A DNA stretch of 64,000 nt. Source: the human T2T-CHM13v2.0 reference genome, Homo sapiens. The translations under genes and the position numbers were made by a program. The stretch lies in NCBI RefSeq assembly GCF_009914755.1, contig NC_060940.1. One strand, given 5' to 3'. The number at the start of each line of letters is the position of its first letter. Position 1 is the stretch's first letter. The notes under the pieces are model-generated. The model did no database searches, was not told the origin of the DNA, and saw only the letters and a list, made by a program, of their open reading frames with translations. Positions 1 through 15,412 of this stretch are shown here, one piece after another.

Positions 1-3000
1 ATTCCATTTGAGTCCAATCAATGATTCCATTCATTTCCATTCAATGATTCCATTCGAGTCCATTTGATCATTCCGGTAGGGTCCGTTCGATGTTGATTCC
101 ATTGGAGTGCATTCGATGATTCCATTCGAGTCCATTTTATGATTTGATTCGAGTCCTTTCGATGATTCCATTCGATTCCACTTGATGATGATTTCATTCG
201 AGTCCATTCGACACTTCCAATCGATTCCATTTGATGTTTCCATTCGAGTCCAATTGATGATTCCATTCAATTCCATTCGATGATGATTCCGTACGATTCC
301 ATTCTGTGATGATTCCATGTGATTGCATTCCATGATGATTCCTTTCGATTGCATTCGATTATGATTCATTTCGTGTTCATTCTATGGTTCCACAGGTTTC
401 CATTCGATGACGTTTCCGTTCGTGTCCATTCCATTATTCCATTCTATTTCATTTGATGATGATTCCATTCGATTCCATTCATTGGTGATTCCACTCAATT
501 CCATTCAATGATTCCATTCCATTTCTTTCAACAATGATTCCATTAGTTTCTATTCGATGATCCACTTGATTCCATTTGGCGATGATTCCATTCGTGTCCA
601 TTCGATGATTCCATTTGATTCCATATGATGATGATTCCATTCGATTCCATACCATGATGATTCCATTCGGGTCCATTCAATGGTGATTCCATTCAATTCC
701 ATTCGATGATTCCTTCCGATTCCATTCGATGATGATGGCATTCGATTCCTTTCAATCATTCCCTTTGATTCCATTCAAAGGTGATTTCATTCAAGTCCAT
801 TCGATAATTGCATTCGATTCCATTCTATGATGATTCCATTCGAGTCCATTTGATGATTCCATTCAATTCAAGTCAATGATGATTCCATTCAATTCCACTC
901 GATGATTCCATTGGATTCCATTCGATGATGATTCCATTCAAATCCATTCGATAATTCAATTCAAGTCCATTCGATGATGATTCCAATCGAATCCATTCAA
1001 AGATTCCATTCAATTCCATTCGATGATGATTCCCTTAGATTCCATTCGATGATTCCACTTGATTCCATTTACGATGATTCCATTCGATTCCATGTGATGA
1101 ATCCATTCAATTCTATTCAATGATGTTTCCATTTGATTCCATTGGACCATGATTGCCTTTGATTCCATTCAATGATTCCATTCGGTTCCATTTGATGATG
1201 ATTCCGTTCGATTCCATTTCATTATTCCATTTGATTCCATTGGATGAGTCCATTCGATTACATTCGATGATTATTCCATTCGAGTGTATTAGATGATTGC
1301 ATTCGAGTCCATTCGATGATTCCATTCGATTCCATTCGATGTTGATTCTGTTCAAATCCATTCGATGATTCCACTCAATTCCAATCGATGACTCCATTTG
1401 ATCCCATTCGATGATTTCCTGTGATTCCCTTTGATGATCATTCTATTTGATTCAATTCGGTGATTTCATTTCATTCCATTCAGTGATGTTTCCATTCGAC
1501 TGTATTCGATGATGATTCCATTCGACTCCATTCGATTATGATTTCATTCAATTCCATTCAATAATGATTCCCTTCGAGTCCATTCGATGATTCCATTCGA
1601 TTCCATTCAACGATGATTTGATTCGTTTCCATTCGATGATTCCATTTGATTCCACTTGATGATGATTCCATTCGAGTCCATTTGATGATTCCATTCGAGT
1701 CTATTTATGTATTATATTCGTGTCCACTTCATGATTCCATTCAATTCCATTTAATGTTGATTCCATTTGATTCCATTTGATGATTCAGTTCGATTCCTTG
1801 CAATGATTCCCTACGATTCCTTTCTCTGATGATTCCATTCGATTCCATTCATTGATGATTTCATTCGACTCCATTCGATGATGATTCCTTTCGATTCCAT
1901 TTGACGATGTTTCCATTCGAGTCCATTCGATGATGATTCTATTCAATTCTGTTCTATTATGATTCCATTCGATTTCATTCAATGCTTCTATTTGATTCCA
2001 TTCGATGATGATTCCATCTCTTTCCCTTCGATGATTCCATTTGATTCCATTCAGTGATGATTCCATTTGATTCCATCTGATGATGATTTCACTTGATTCC
2101 TTTCAATGATGATTCAATTCAAGTCCATTCTATGATTCCATTGGAGTCCAAACGATCATTCCGTTCGATTCCATTCAATGGTGATTCCATTCATGTCCAT
2201 TCGATGAATCCATTCAATTCCATTCGATGATGACTCCATTCGAGTACATTCGATGATTCCATTTGATTCCATTTGAAGATGATTCCATTCAATTCCATTC
2301 GAAGATGATTCCATTCAATTCCATTCGATGATGATTCCGTATGAATCCATTCTCTGATTATTCCATTCGATTCCATTCATTGACGATTCCATTCAATTCC
2401 ATTCAATGATGATTCTCTTCTATTCCATTCGATGATTCCGGTCAATTCCATTCGATGATGATTCCATTAGATTCCATTCGATTGTTGCATTCGATTCCCT
2501 TCGATGATGATTCCTTTGAATTCCATTCGATTATCATTCCGTATGAATCCATTTGATGATTATTCCATTGGATTCCTTTCGATGATGATTCCATTCGATT
2601 CCATTTGATGATGTTTCTCTTGTATTCCATTGGATAATTCCTTTCAGTTCCCTTCGATGATTATTCTTTCGAGTCAATTCGATGATTCTATTCCATTCCC
2701 TTCGATGATGATTCCATTTCACTCCATTTGATGATTCCATTCGACTCAATTTGGTGATGATTCAATTCGATGACATTCGATGACTCCATTCAATTTCATT
2801 TGATGATGATTACATTCGAGTCCATTTGATGATTGTATTCCTTTCCTTTTGATGATTATTCCATTCGTGTCTATTCAAAGATTCCATTCTATTCCATTCA
2901 ATGATGATTGCATTTGATTCCATTCAATGATTATGGCTATCGATTCCACTCGTTGATTCCATTTGATTCCGTTCGATGATTATTCCGTTAGATTCCATTA

Positions 3001-4130
3001 GAAGATTCCATTCGATTTTATTCAATGATTCCAATGGATTCCATTCAATGATGATTCCATTCGACTCCATTCAGTGATTCCATTCGAGTCCATTTGATGA
3101 TTCCATTCTTTTCCATTTGATGATGATTCCATTAGGGTCCATTCAATGATTCCATTCGAGTCCATTCGTTAATGCCTTTCGAGTCCTTTTGATCACTACA
3201 TTCGAGTCCATTCAATGATTCTATTCGATTCCATTCCATGATGATTCCATTCGAGTTCATTCGATGATTGCATTCGAGTCCATTTGATGATTCCATATGA
3301 TTCCCTTCGACAATGATTCCATTCGTGTCCATTTGATGATTCCATTCATTTCCTATCGATGAAGATTCCATTCAAGTGTATTCGATGATTCCATTCAAAT
3401 CCATTCGATGATGATTCCATTCCAGTCCATTCGATCATTCCACTTGATTCCATTTGATGACTATTCCATTCAAATCCATTTGATGATTCCATTCGATTCC
3501 ATTCGATGTTACCATTCGAGTATATACGATGATTCCACTCGATTCCATTTGATGATTATTCCATTGGAGTCCACTTAGTGAATCCTTTAGATTCTACTCG
3601 AAGATGATTCCATTCGAGTCCATTCGATGATACCATTCAATTCCATTCGTTGATGCTTCCATTCAAGTGCATTCGATGATATCATTCGATTCCATTTGAT
3701 GATAATTCCATTTGATTCCATGCGATGATTCTATTCGATTCCATTCAATGATAATTCCATTCAATTCAGTGATTCCTCTGGACTCCATTTGATGATGATT
3801 CCATTCAATGATTCCATTCGATTCTATTCGAAAATGATTCCATTTGAATCCATTTGATGATGATTCCATTGGATTCCATTTGATGATTCCATTCGATTCC
3901 ATTCGATGATGATTCCATTCGATTCCTTTTGATGATTCCATTCTATTGTATTCGATGATGATTCCATTCGATTCCATTCGATGATGATTGGATTCGATTC
4001 CATTTGATGATTTCATTTGATTCCATTCGATAATGATTTCGATCAATTCCATTCGATGATTCCATTCGATTCCATTCGATAATGATTACATCCGAGTCCA
4101 TTCGATGATTCCATTTGAGCCCGTTCGATA
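1..4130 (+). repeat. Unit 1: 4130-bp variant unit (type A)
   Basis: ATTCCATTTGAGTCCAATCAATG at 1 recurs at 4131. TTCCGGTAGGGTCC is at 71 and 4201. The ORF track repeats with a 4130 offset. Confidence 0.93.
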
Positions 4131-7100
4131 ATTCCATTTGAGTCCAATCAATGATTCCATTCATTTCCATTCAATGATTTCATTCGAGTCCATTTGATCA
4201 TTCCGGTAGGGTCCGTTCGATGTTGATTCCATTGGAGTGCATTCGATGATTCCATTCGAGTCCATTTTATGATTTGATTCGAGTCCTTTCGATGATTCCA
4301 TTCGATTCCACTCGATGATGATTTCATTCGAGTCCATTCGACACTTCCAATCGATTCCATTTGATGTTTCCATTCGAGTCCAATTGATGATTCCATTCAA
4401 TTCCATTCGATGATGATTCCGTACGATTCCATTCTGTGATGATTCCATGTGATTGCATTCCATGATGATTCCTTTCGATTGCATTCGATTATGATTCATT
4501 TCGTGTTCATTCTATGGTTCCACAGGTTTCCATTCGATGACGTTTCCGTTCGTGTCCATTCCATTATTCCATTCTATTTCATTTGATGATGATTCCATTC
4601 GATTCCATTCATTGGTGATTCCACTCAATTCCATTCAATGATTCCATTCCATTTCTTTCAACAATGATTCCATTAGTTTCTATTCGATGATCCACTTGAT
4701 TCCATTTGGCGATGATTCCATTCGTGTCCATTCGATGATTCCATTTGATTCCATATGATGATGATTCCATTCGATTCCATACCATGATGATTCCATTCGG
4801 GTCCATTCAATGGTGATTCCATTCAATTCCATTCGATGATTCCTTCCGATTCCATTCGATGATGATGGCATTCGATTCCTTTCAATCATTCCCTTTGATT
4901 CCATTCAAAGGTGATTTCATTCAAGTCCATTCGATAATTGCATTCGATTCCATTCTATGATGATTCCATTCGAGTCCATTTGATGATTCCATTCAATTCA
5001 AGTCAATGATGATTCCATTCAATTCCACTCGATGATTCCATTGGATTCCATTCGATGATGATTCCATTCAAATCCATTCGATAATTCAATTCAAGTCCAT
5101 TCGATGATGATTCCAATCGAATCCATTCAAAGATTCCATTCAATTCCATTCGATGATGATTCCCTTAGATTCCATTCGATGATTCCACTTGATTCCATTT
5201 ACGATGATTCCATTCGATTCCATGTGATGAATCCATTCAATTCTATTCAATGATGTTTCCATTTGATTCCATTGGACCATGATTGCCTTTGATTCCATTC
5301 AATGATTCCATTCGGTTCCATTTGATGATGATTCCGTTCGATTCCATTTCATTATTCCATTTGATTCCATTGGATGAGTCCATTCGATTACATTCGATGA
5401 TTATTCCATTCGAGTGCATTAGATGATTGCATTCGAGTCCATTCGATGATTCCATTCGATTCCATTCGATGTTGATTCTGTTCAAATCCATTCGATGATT
5501 CCACTCAATTCCAATCGATGACTCCATTTGATCCCATTCGATGATTTCCTGTGATTCCCTTTGATGATCATTCTATTTGATTCAATTCGGTGATTTCATT
5601 TCATTCCATTCAGTGATGTTTCCATTCGACTGTATTCGATGATGATTCCATTCGACTCCATTCGATTATGATTTCATTCAATTCCATTCAATAATGATTC
5701 CCTTCGAGTCCATTCGATGATTCCATTCGATTCCATTCAACGATGATTTGATTCGTTTCCATTCGATGATTCCATTTGATTCCACTTGATGATGATTCCA
5801 TTCGAGTCCATTTGATGATTCCATTCGAGTCTATTTATGTATTATATTCGTGTCCACTTCATGATTCCATTCAATTCCATTTAATGTTGATTCCATTTGA
5901 TTCCATTTGATGATTCAGTTCGATTCCTTGCAATGATTCCCTACGATTCCTTTCTCTGATGATTCCATTCGATTCCATTCATTGATGATTTCATTCGACT
6001 CCATTCGATGATGATTCCTTTCGATTCCATTTGACGATGTTTCCATTCGAGTCCATTCGATGATGATTCTATTCAATTCTGTTCTATTATGATTCCATTC
6101 GATTTCATTCAATGCTTCTATTTGATTCCATTCGATGATGATTCCATCTCTTTCCCTTCGATGATTCCATTTGATTCCATTCAGTGATGATTCCATTTGA
6201 TTCCATCTGATGATGATTTCACTTGATTCCTTTCAATGATGATTCAATTCAAGTCCATTCTATGATTCCATTGGAGTCCAAACGATCATTCCGTTCGATT
6301 CCATTCAATGGTGATTCCATTCATGTCCATTCGATGAATCCATTCAATTCCATTCGATGATGACTCCATTCGAGTACATTCGATGATTCCATTTGATTCC
6401 ATTTGAAGATGATTCCATTCAATTCCATTCGAAGATGATTCCATTCAATTCCATTCGATGATGATTCCGTATGAATCCATTCTCTGATTATTCCATTCGA
6501 TTCCATTCATTGACGATTCCATTCAATTCCATTCAATGATGATTCTCTTCTATTCCATTCGATGATTCCGGTCGATTCCATTCGATGATGATTCCATTAG
6601 ATTCCATTCGATTGTTGCATTCGATTCCCTTCGATGATGATTCCTTTGAATTCCATTCGATTATCATTCCGTATGAATCCATTTGATGATTATTCCATTG
6701 GATTCCTTTCGATGATGATTCCATTCGATTCCATTTGATGATGTTTCTCTTGTATTCCATTGGATAATTCCTTTCAGTTCCCTTCGATGATTATTCTTTC
6801 GAGTCAATTCGATGATTCTATTCCATTCCCTTCGATGATGATTCCATTTCACTCCATTTGATGATTCCATTCGACTCAATTTGGTGATGATTCAATTCGA
6901 TGACATTCGATGACTCCATTCAATTTCATTTGATGATGATTACATTCGAGTCCATTTGATGATTGTATTCCTTTCCTTTTGATGATTATTCCATTCGTGT
7001 CTATTCAAAGATTCCATTCTATTCCATTCAATGATGATTGCATTTGATTCCATTCAATGATTATGGCTATCGATTCCACTCGTTGATTCCATTTGATTCC

Positions 7101-8260
7101 GTTCGATGATTATTCCGTTAGATTCCATTAGAAGATTCCATTCGATTTTATTCAATGATTCCAATGGATTCCATTCAATGATGATTCCATTCGACTCCAT
7201 TCAGTGATTCCATTCGAGTCCATTTGATGATTCCATTCTTTTCCATTTGATGATGATTCCATTAGGGTCCATTCAATGATTCCATTCGAGTCCATTCGTT
7301 AATGCCTTTCGAGTCCTTTTGATCACTACATTCGAGTCCATTCAATGATTCTATTCGATTCCATTCCATGATGATTCCATTCGAGTTCATTCGATGATTG
7401 CATTCGAGTCCATTTGATGATTCCATATGATTCCCTTCGACAATGATTCCATTCGTGTCCATTTGATGATTCCATTCATTTCCTATCGATGAAGATTCCA
7501 TTCAAGTGTATTCGATGATTCCATTCAAATCCATTCGATGATGATTCCATTCCAGTCCATTCGATCATTCCACTTGATTCCATTTGATGACTATTCCATT
7601 CAAATCCATTTGATGATTCCATTCGATTCCATTCGATGTTACCATTCGAGTATATACGATGATTCCACTCGATTCCATTTGATGATTATTCCATTGGAGT
7701 CCACTTAGTGAATCCTTTAGATTCTACTGGAAGATGATTCCATTCGAGTCCATTCGATGATACCATTCAATTCCATTCGTTGATGCTTCCATTCAAGTGC
7801 ATTTGATGATATCATTCGATTCCATTTGATGATAATTCCATTTGATTCCATGCGATGATTCTATTCGATTCCATTCAATGATAATTCCATTCAATTCAGT
7901 GATTCCTCTGGACTCCATTTGATGATGATTCCATTCAATGATTCCATTCGATTCTATTCGAAAATGATTCCATTTGAATCCATTTGATGATGATTCCATT
8001 GGATTCCATTTGATGATTCCATTCGATTCCATTCGATGATGATTCCATTCGATTCCTTTTGATGATTCCATTCTATTGTATTCGATGATGATTCCATTCG
8101 ATTCCATTCGATGATGATTGGATTCGATTCCATTTGATGATTTCATTTGATTCCATTCGATAATGATTTCGATCAATTCCATTCGATGATTCCATTCGAT
8201 TCCATTCGATAATGATTACATCCGAGTCCATTCGATGATTCCATTTGAGCCCGTTCGATA
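4131..8260 (+). repeat. Unit 2: second 4130-bp variant unit (type A), near-identical to unit 1
   Basis: The landmark is at 4201 and next at 8331. Only about 6 substitutions versus unit 1 were seen by eye. Confidence 0.93.
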
Positions 8261-11200
8261 ATTCCATTTGAGTCCAATCAATGATTCCATTCATTTCCAT
8301 TCAATGATTCCATTCGAGTCCATTTGATCATTCCGGTAGGGTCCGTTCGATGTTGATTCCATTGGAGTGCATTCGATGATTCCATTCGAGTCCATTTTAG
8401 GATTTGATTCGAGTCCTTTCGATGATTCCATTCGATTCCACTCGATGATTTCATTCGAGTCCATTCGACACTTCCAATCGATTCCATTTGATGATTCCAT
8501 TCGAGTCCAATTGATGATTCCATTCAATTCCATTCGATGATGATTCCGTACGATTCCATTCTGTGATGATTCCATGTGATTGCATTCAATGATGATTCCT
8601 TTCGATTGCATTCGATTATGATTCATTTCGTGTTCATTCTATGGTTCCACAGGTTTCCATTCGATGATGTTTCCATTCGTGTCCATTCCATTTTTCCATT
8701 CTATTCCATTTGAAGATGATTCCATTCGATTCCATTCATTGGTGATTCCACTCAATTCCATTCAATGATTCCATTCCATTTCTTTCAACAATGATTCCAT
8801 TAGTTTCTATTCGATGATCCACTTGATTCCATTTGACGATGATTCCATTCGTGTCCATTCGATGATTCCATTTGATTCCATATGATGATGATTCCATTCG
8901 ATTCCATACGATGATGATTCCATTCGAGTCCATTCAATGGTGATTCCATTCAATTCCATTCGATGATTCCTTTCGATTCCATTCAATGATGATGGCATTC
9001 GATTCCTTTCGATCATTCCCTTTGATTCCATTCAAAGGTGATTTCATTCAAGTCCATTCGATAATTGCATTCGATTCCATTCTATGATGATTCCATTCGA
9101 GTCCATTTGATGATTCCATTCAATTCAAGTCAATGATGATTCCATTCGATTCCACTCGATGATTCCATTGGATTCCATTCGATGATGATTCCATTCAAAT
9201 CCATTCGATAATTCAATTCAAGTCCATTCGATGATGATTCCAATCGAATCCATTCAAAGATTCCACTCAATTCCATTCGATGATGATTCCCTTAGATTCC
9301 ATTTGATGATTCCACTTGATTCCATTTACGATGATTCCATTCGATTCCATGTGATGATTCCATTCAATTCTATTCAATGATGTTTCCACTTGATTCCATT
9401 CGAACATGATTGCCTTTGATTCCATTCAATGATTCCATACGGTTCCATTTGATGATGATTCCATTGGAGTGCATTAGATGATTCCATCCGAGTCCATTTG
9501 ATGATTCCATTCGATTCCATTCGATGTTGATTCTGTTCAAATCCATTCGATGATTCCACTCGATTCCATTCGATGACTCCATTTGATCCCATTCGATGAT
9601 TTCCTTTGATTCCCTTTGATGATCATTCCATTTGATTCAATTCGGTGATTTCATTTGATTCCATTCAGTGATGTTTCCATTCAACTCCTTTCGATGATGA
9701 TTCCATTCGACTCCATTCGATTATGATTTCATTCAATTCCATTCGATAATGATTCCCTTCAAGTCCATTCGATGATTCCATTCGATTCCATTCAACGATG
9801 ATTTGATTCGTGTCCATTCGATGATTCCATTTGATTCCATTTGATGATGATTCCATTCGAGTCCCTTTGATGATTCCATTCAATTCCATTCTCCGATGAT
9901 TTCTTCTGAGCCCATTCAATGCTTCCACTCGATTCCATATGATGATGACTCCATTTGATGAAATTCCATGATGATTCCATTCGCTTGCATTCGATGATGA
10001 TTCCACTTGAGTCCGTTAGAAGATTCTATTCAATTACATTCCATGACGATTCTGTTCGAGTCCATTTGATGATTCCATTAGACTCCATTCGACGATGATT
10101 CCATTCGATGTTATTCGATGATGATTCCATTCAACTCCATTCGATGTTTCCATTCGAGGTCATTCTATTATTCCATTAGATTCCATTCGATGATGATTCC
10201 ATTCGATTCCATTTGATGATTGCATTCTATTTCATTTGATGATGATTCCATTCGAGTCCATTCGATGATTCCATTCGAGTCCATTTAATGAATCCATTGG
10301 TTTCAATTCTATGATGATTACATTGGATTCCATTCGTTGATGATTTCATTCGATTCCATTCAATGATGATTCCATTCAATTCCATTCAATGATTCCATTC
10401 AATTCCATACGATGATGATTCCATTGGATTTGATTCCACAGTGAGCCATTCGATTCAATTCCATGATGATTCTATTTTATTCAATAGGTTGACATTTCCA
10501 TTCGATTCCATTCGATGATGATTCCCTTTGATTCCATTCAAAGCTGATTCCATTCTAGCCCATTCAATCATTCCATTCGATTCTATTCAATGATGATTCC
10601 ATTCATGTCGATTTGGTGATTCCATTTGACTTCATTTGATGATGATTCTTTTCAAGTTCATTAGATGATTCCATTCGATTCCATTTGATGATGATCCCAT
10701 TCGAGTCCATTTGATGATTCCACTCGTTTCCATTCCATGATGATTCCATTCCATTCCATTCAATGATTCCATTCGATTCCGTTTGATGATGATTTCATTC
10801 GAGTCCATTTCATGATTCCATTTGATTCCATTCGATGATGATTACATTCGAGTCCATACGATGATTCCACTCAATTCCATATGATGATGATTCCATTCGA
10901 TTCCATTCGATGATTCCACTTGATTCCATTTACGATGATTCCATTCGATTCCATGTGATGATTCCATTCAGTTCTATTCAATGCTGTTTCCATTTGATTC
11001 CATTCGACCATGATTGCCTTTGATTCCATTCAATGACTCCATTCGGTTCCTTTTGATTATGATTCCGTTCGATTCCATTTCATTATTCCATTTGATTCCA
11101 TTGGATGAGTCCATTCGATTACATTCGATGATTATTCCATTCGAGTGCATTAGATGATTCCATTCGAGTCCATTCGATGATTCCATTCGATTCCATTCGA

Positions 11201-14200
11201 TGTTGATTCTGTTCAAATCCATTCGATGATTCCACTCGATTCCATTCGATGACTCCAGTTGATCCCATTCGATGATTTCCTTTGATTCCCTTTGATGATC
11301 ATTCCATTTGATTCAATTCGGTGATTTCATTTGATTCCATTCAGTGATGTTTCCATTCGACTCCATTCGATGATGATTCCATTCGACTCCATTCGATTAT
11401 GATTTCATTCAATTCCATTCGATAATGATTCCCTTCGAGTCCATTCGATGATTCCATTCGATTCCATTCAACGATGATTTGATTCGTGTCCATTCGATGA
11501 TTCCATTTGATTCCACTTGATGATGATTCCATTCGAGTCCATTTGATGATTCCATTCAATTCCATTCTCCGATGATTTCTTTTGAGCCCATTCAATGCTT
11601 CCACTCGATTCCATATGATGATGACTCCATTCGATGAAATTCAATGATGATTCCCTTTGATTCCATTCAAAGATGATTCCATTCTAGCCCATTCAATCAT
11701 TCCATTCGATTCTATTCAATGATGATTCCATTCATGTCGATTTGGTGATTCCATTTGACTTCATTTGATGATGATTCCTTTCAAGTTCATTAGATGATTC
11801 CATTCGATTCCATTTGATGATGATCCCATTGGAGTCCATTCAGTGATTCCACTCGTTTCCATTCCATGATGATTCCATTCCATTCCATTCAATGATTCCA
11901 TTCGATTCCGTTTGATGATGATTTCATTCGAGTCCATTTGATGATTCCATTGGATTCCATTCGATGATGATTCCATTCGAGTCCATTCGATGATTCTATT
12001 CGAATCCATTTGATGATTTCTTTTGATTATAGTTGGTGATGATTCCATTGGAGTCCATTCAATGATTCCATTCGATTCCAATCGATGGTGATTCCATTAG
12101 AGTCCATTTAACGATTCCATTTGATTCCAGTCTCTGATGATTACATTCGAGTCCATACGATGATTCCACTCAATTCCATATGATGATGATTCCATTCTAT
12201 TCCATTCGATGATTCCATTCTATTCTATTCAATGGTGATTCCATTCGAGTACATTAGATGATTCCATTCGATTCCATTCAATGATGATTCTATTTGTGTC
12301 CCTTAGATGGTTCCACATGATTCCATTTCATGATGATACTATTTGAGCCCATCCAATGACTCCCTTCGATTCCATTCGATGAGGATTCCATTCGATTCAA
12401 TTCATTGGTGATTCTATTCAATTCAATTCTTTGATTCCATTCCATTCCATTCGAAAATGATTCCATTCGATTTCTTTCGATGATTCCACTCGATTCCACT
12501 TGACATTGATTCCATTCGATTCCATTCAATGATTCCGTTTGATTCCAGTGGATGATGATTGCCGTCAATTCCATTCGATCACTCCATTCTATTCCATTTG
12601 ATGATGATTACATTCGATTCCATTTGATGATTCCATCTGATTCTATTCGAGGATTCCATTTGATTCCATTCGATGATGATTCCATTCGAGTGCATTCGAT
12701 GATTTCATTCGAGTACATCCAATGATTCCATTCGAGTCCATTTGATGATTCCATTTGATTCCATTTGATTATGATTCTACTAGAGTCCATTCAATGACTC
12801 CATTCGAATCCATTCAACAATTCCATTCGAGGCCATTCGTTGATTCCATTTCATGATTCCATTCGAGTCCATTTAATCATTACAGTCGAGTCCATTTGGT
12901 GATTCCACTGGATTTCTTTTGATAATGATACCATTCAATTACATTTGATGATGATCCCATTCAATTTCATTTGATGGTGATTCCATTAGAGTCCATTCGA
13001 TGATTTCATTCGAGTCCCTTCATTGATTCCATCCGATTTTTTTGGATGATGACTCCATTCGAGTCCATTCGATGATTCCATTCGATTCCATTAGATGATT
13101 CCATTGGAGTCCATTTGATTGTTCCATTCGATTCTATTCGATTCCTTTCGAAGATTATTCCATTTGAGTCCATTCGATGATGATTCCATTCCATTCCATT
13201 CGATGATTCCGTTTGATTCCATTCGATGATTCCCTTCGATTCCATTCTTTGATGATTCCATTCCATTCCATTCAATGATTCCATTCGAATCTATTCCATG
13301 ATGATTCCTTTCGATTCCATTCGCTGATGTTTCCGTTCAATTCCATTCGATGATGATTCCATTCGATTCCATTCATTGAGGATTCCATTTGATTCCATTC
13401 AATGATGATTCCATTCTATTCCATTCAATGATTGCATTCAATTCCATTCAATGATTATCCCATTAGAGTAAACTCAACGATTCCATTCAATACCATTCGA
13501 TGATGATTCCTTTTGAGTCCATTCAATGATTTCATTCAAGTCCATTTGATGATTCCTTTCAATTCCATTCTATGATGATTCCATTCGAGTCCATTCGATG
13601 ATTCCATTCGATTGCATTCGATGATTCCATTATATTCCATTCAACGATGATTCCATTCGAGTCCATTTCATGATTCCATTAGAGTACATTTAATGATTGC
13701 TTTGTTTTCAATTCGAAGATGATTACATTCGATTCCATTCTATGATACCATTCGATTCCATTCAATGATGATTCCTCTCAAATCCATTGGATGATTCCAT
13801 TCGTGTCCATTCGGTGATTTCATTAGATTCCATTCGAGGATGATTCCATTCGATTCCATTCGATGATTCCATTCAATTCCATTCGATGATGATTCCATTC
13901 CAGTCCATATGATCATTCCATTTGATTTCATTCGATGATGATTCCATTCGATTCCATTCGATGATTCCATTCTATTCCATTCGATGATGATTCCATTCGA
14001 GTCCATTCGATGATTCCATTCGAGTCCATTTAATGATTCCATTGGGTTCAATTCAATGATGATTACATTGGATTCCGTTCTATGATTCCATTCAATTCCG
14101 TTCATAGACAATTTGATTCCATTCGATGATGATTCCATTTGAGTTCATTCGATGATTCTATTCGATTCTCTTCGATGGTGATTCAATTCTATTATATTGG

Positions 14201-15412
14201 ATGATTCCATTCGATTCCATTTGATGTTGATTCAATTCGATTCTATTCGATGATGATTCCATTGGATTTCACTTGATGATTCTATTCGATTCCATTCAAT
14301 GATGATTCACTTCTCGTCCATTGGATGATTCCATTTCATTCCATTCGATGATGATTCCATTCGATTCCATTCGATGATTCCATTTGATTCCATGCGACGG
14401 TGAGCAATTCGATTCAATTCCATGATGATTCTATTTGATTCAATTAGATGATGTTTCCATTCGAATCCATTCCATGATTATTCCATTGGAATCCATTTGG
14501 CGATGATTCCATATGAGTCAATTCAATGATGATTCCATATAGGTCCGTTCGATGATAATTCCATTTGATTTCATTCGATGCTTCTATTCTATTCCAGTCG
14601 ATGATGATTCCGTTGGAGTCCATACGATGATTCCATTTGATTTCATTTGATGATGATTCCATTCGATGATGATTACATTGGATTCCATTCTATGATTCCA
14701 TTCAATTCCATTCGTTGATGATTCGATTCCATTCAATGATGATTCCATTTGAGTTCATTCGATGATTCTATTCGATTCCGTTCGATGGTGATTCAGTTCT
14801 ATTATATAGGATGATTCCACTCGATTCCATTTGATGATTATTCCATTGTAGTCCACTTAGTGAATCCTTTAGATTCTACTCGAAGATGATTCCATTCGAG
14901 TCCATTCGATGATACCATTCAATTTCATTCGTTGATGCTTCCATTCAAGTGCATTCGATGATATCATTCGATTCCATTTGACGATAATTCCATTTGATTC
15001 CATGCGATGATTCTATTCGATTCCATTCAATGATAATTCCATTCAATTCAGTGATTCCTCTGGACTCCATTTGATGATGATTCCATTCAATGATTCCATT
15101 CGATTCTATTCCAAAATGATTCCATTTGAATCCATTTGATGATGATTCCATTAGATTCCATTTGATGATTCCATTCGATTCCATTTGACGATGATTCCAT
15201 TCGATTCCATTTGATGATTCCATTCTATTCTATTCGATGATGATTCCATTCCATTCCATTTGATGATGATTGGATTCGATTCCATTTGATGATTTCATTT
15301 GATTCCATTCGTTAATGATTTCGATCAACTCCATTCGATGATTCCATTTGATTCCATTCGATAATGATTACATCCGAGTCCATTCGATGATTCCATTTGA
15401 GCCCGTTCGATA
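8261..15412 (+). repeat. Unit 3: 7152-bp chimeric unit (5853-bp type B plus a 1299-bp internal insert)
   Basis: Landmark spacing 8331 to 15483. TCCATACGATGATTCCACTCAATTCCATATG occurs twice (10853 and 12152, offset 1299). Shares the 72-, 23-, 170- and 10-bp deletions with unit 10. Confidence 0.88.

Noticed and set aside
1697-1725. AT-rich TATTTATGTATTATA as a TATA-like promoter
   Set aside because: It can be derived by point mutation from a normal satellite module and has no supporting context. It is useful only as a type A landmark.
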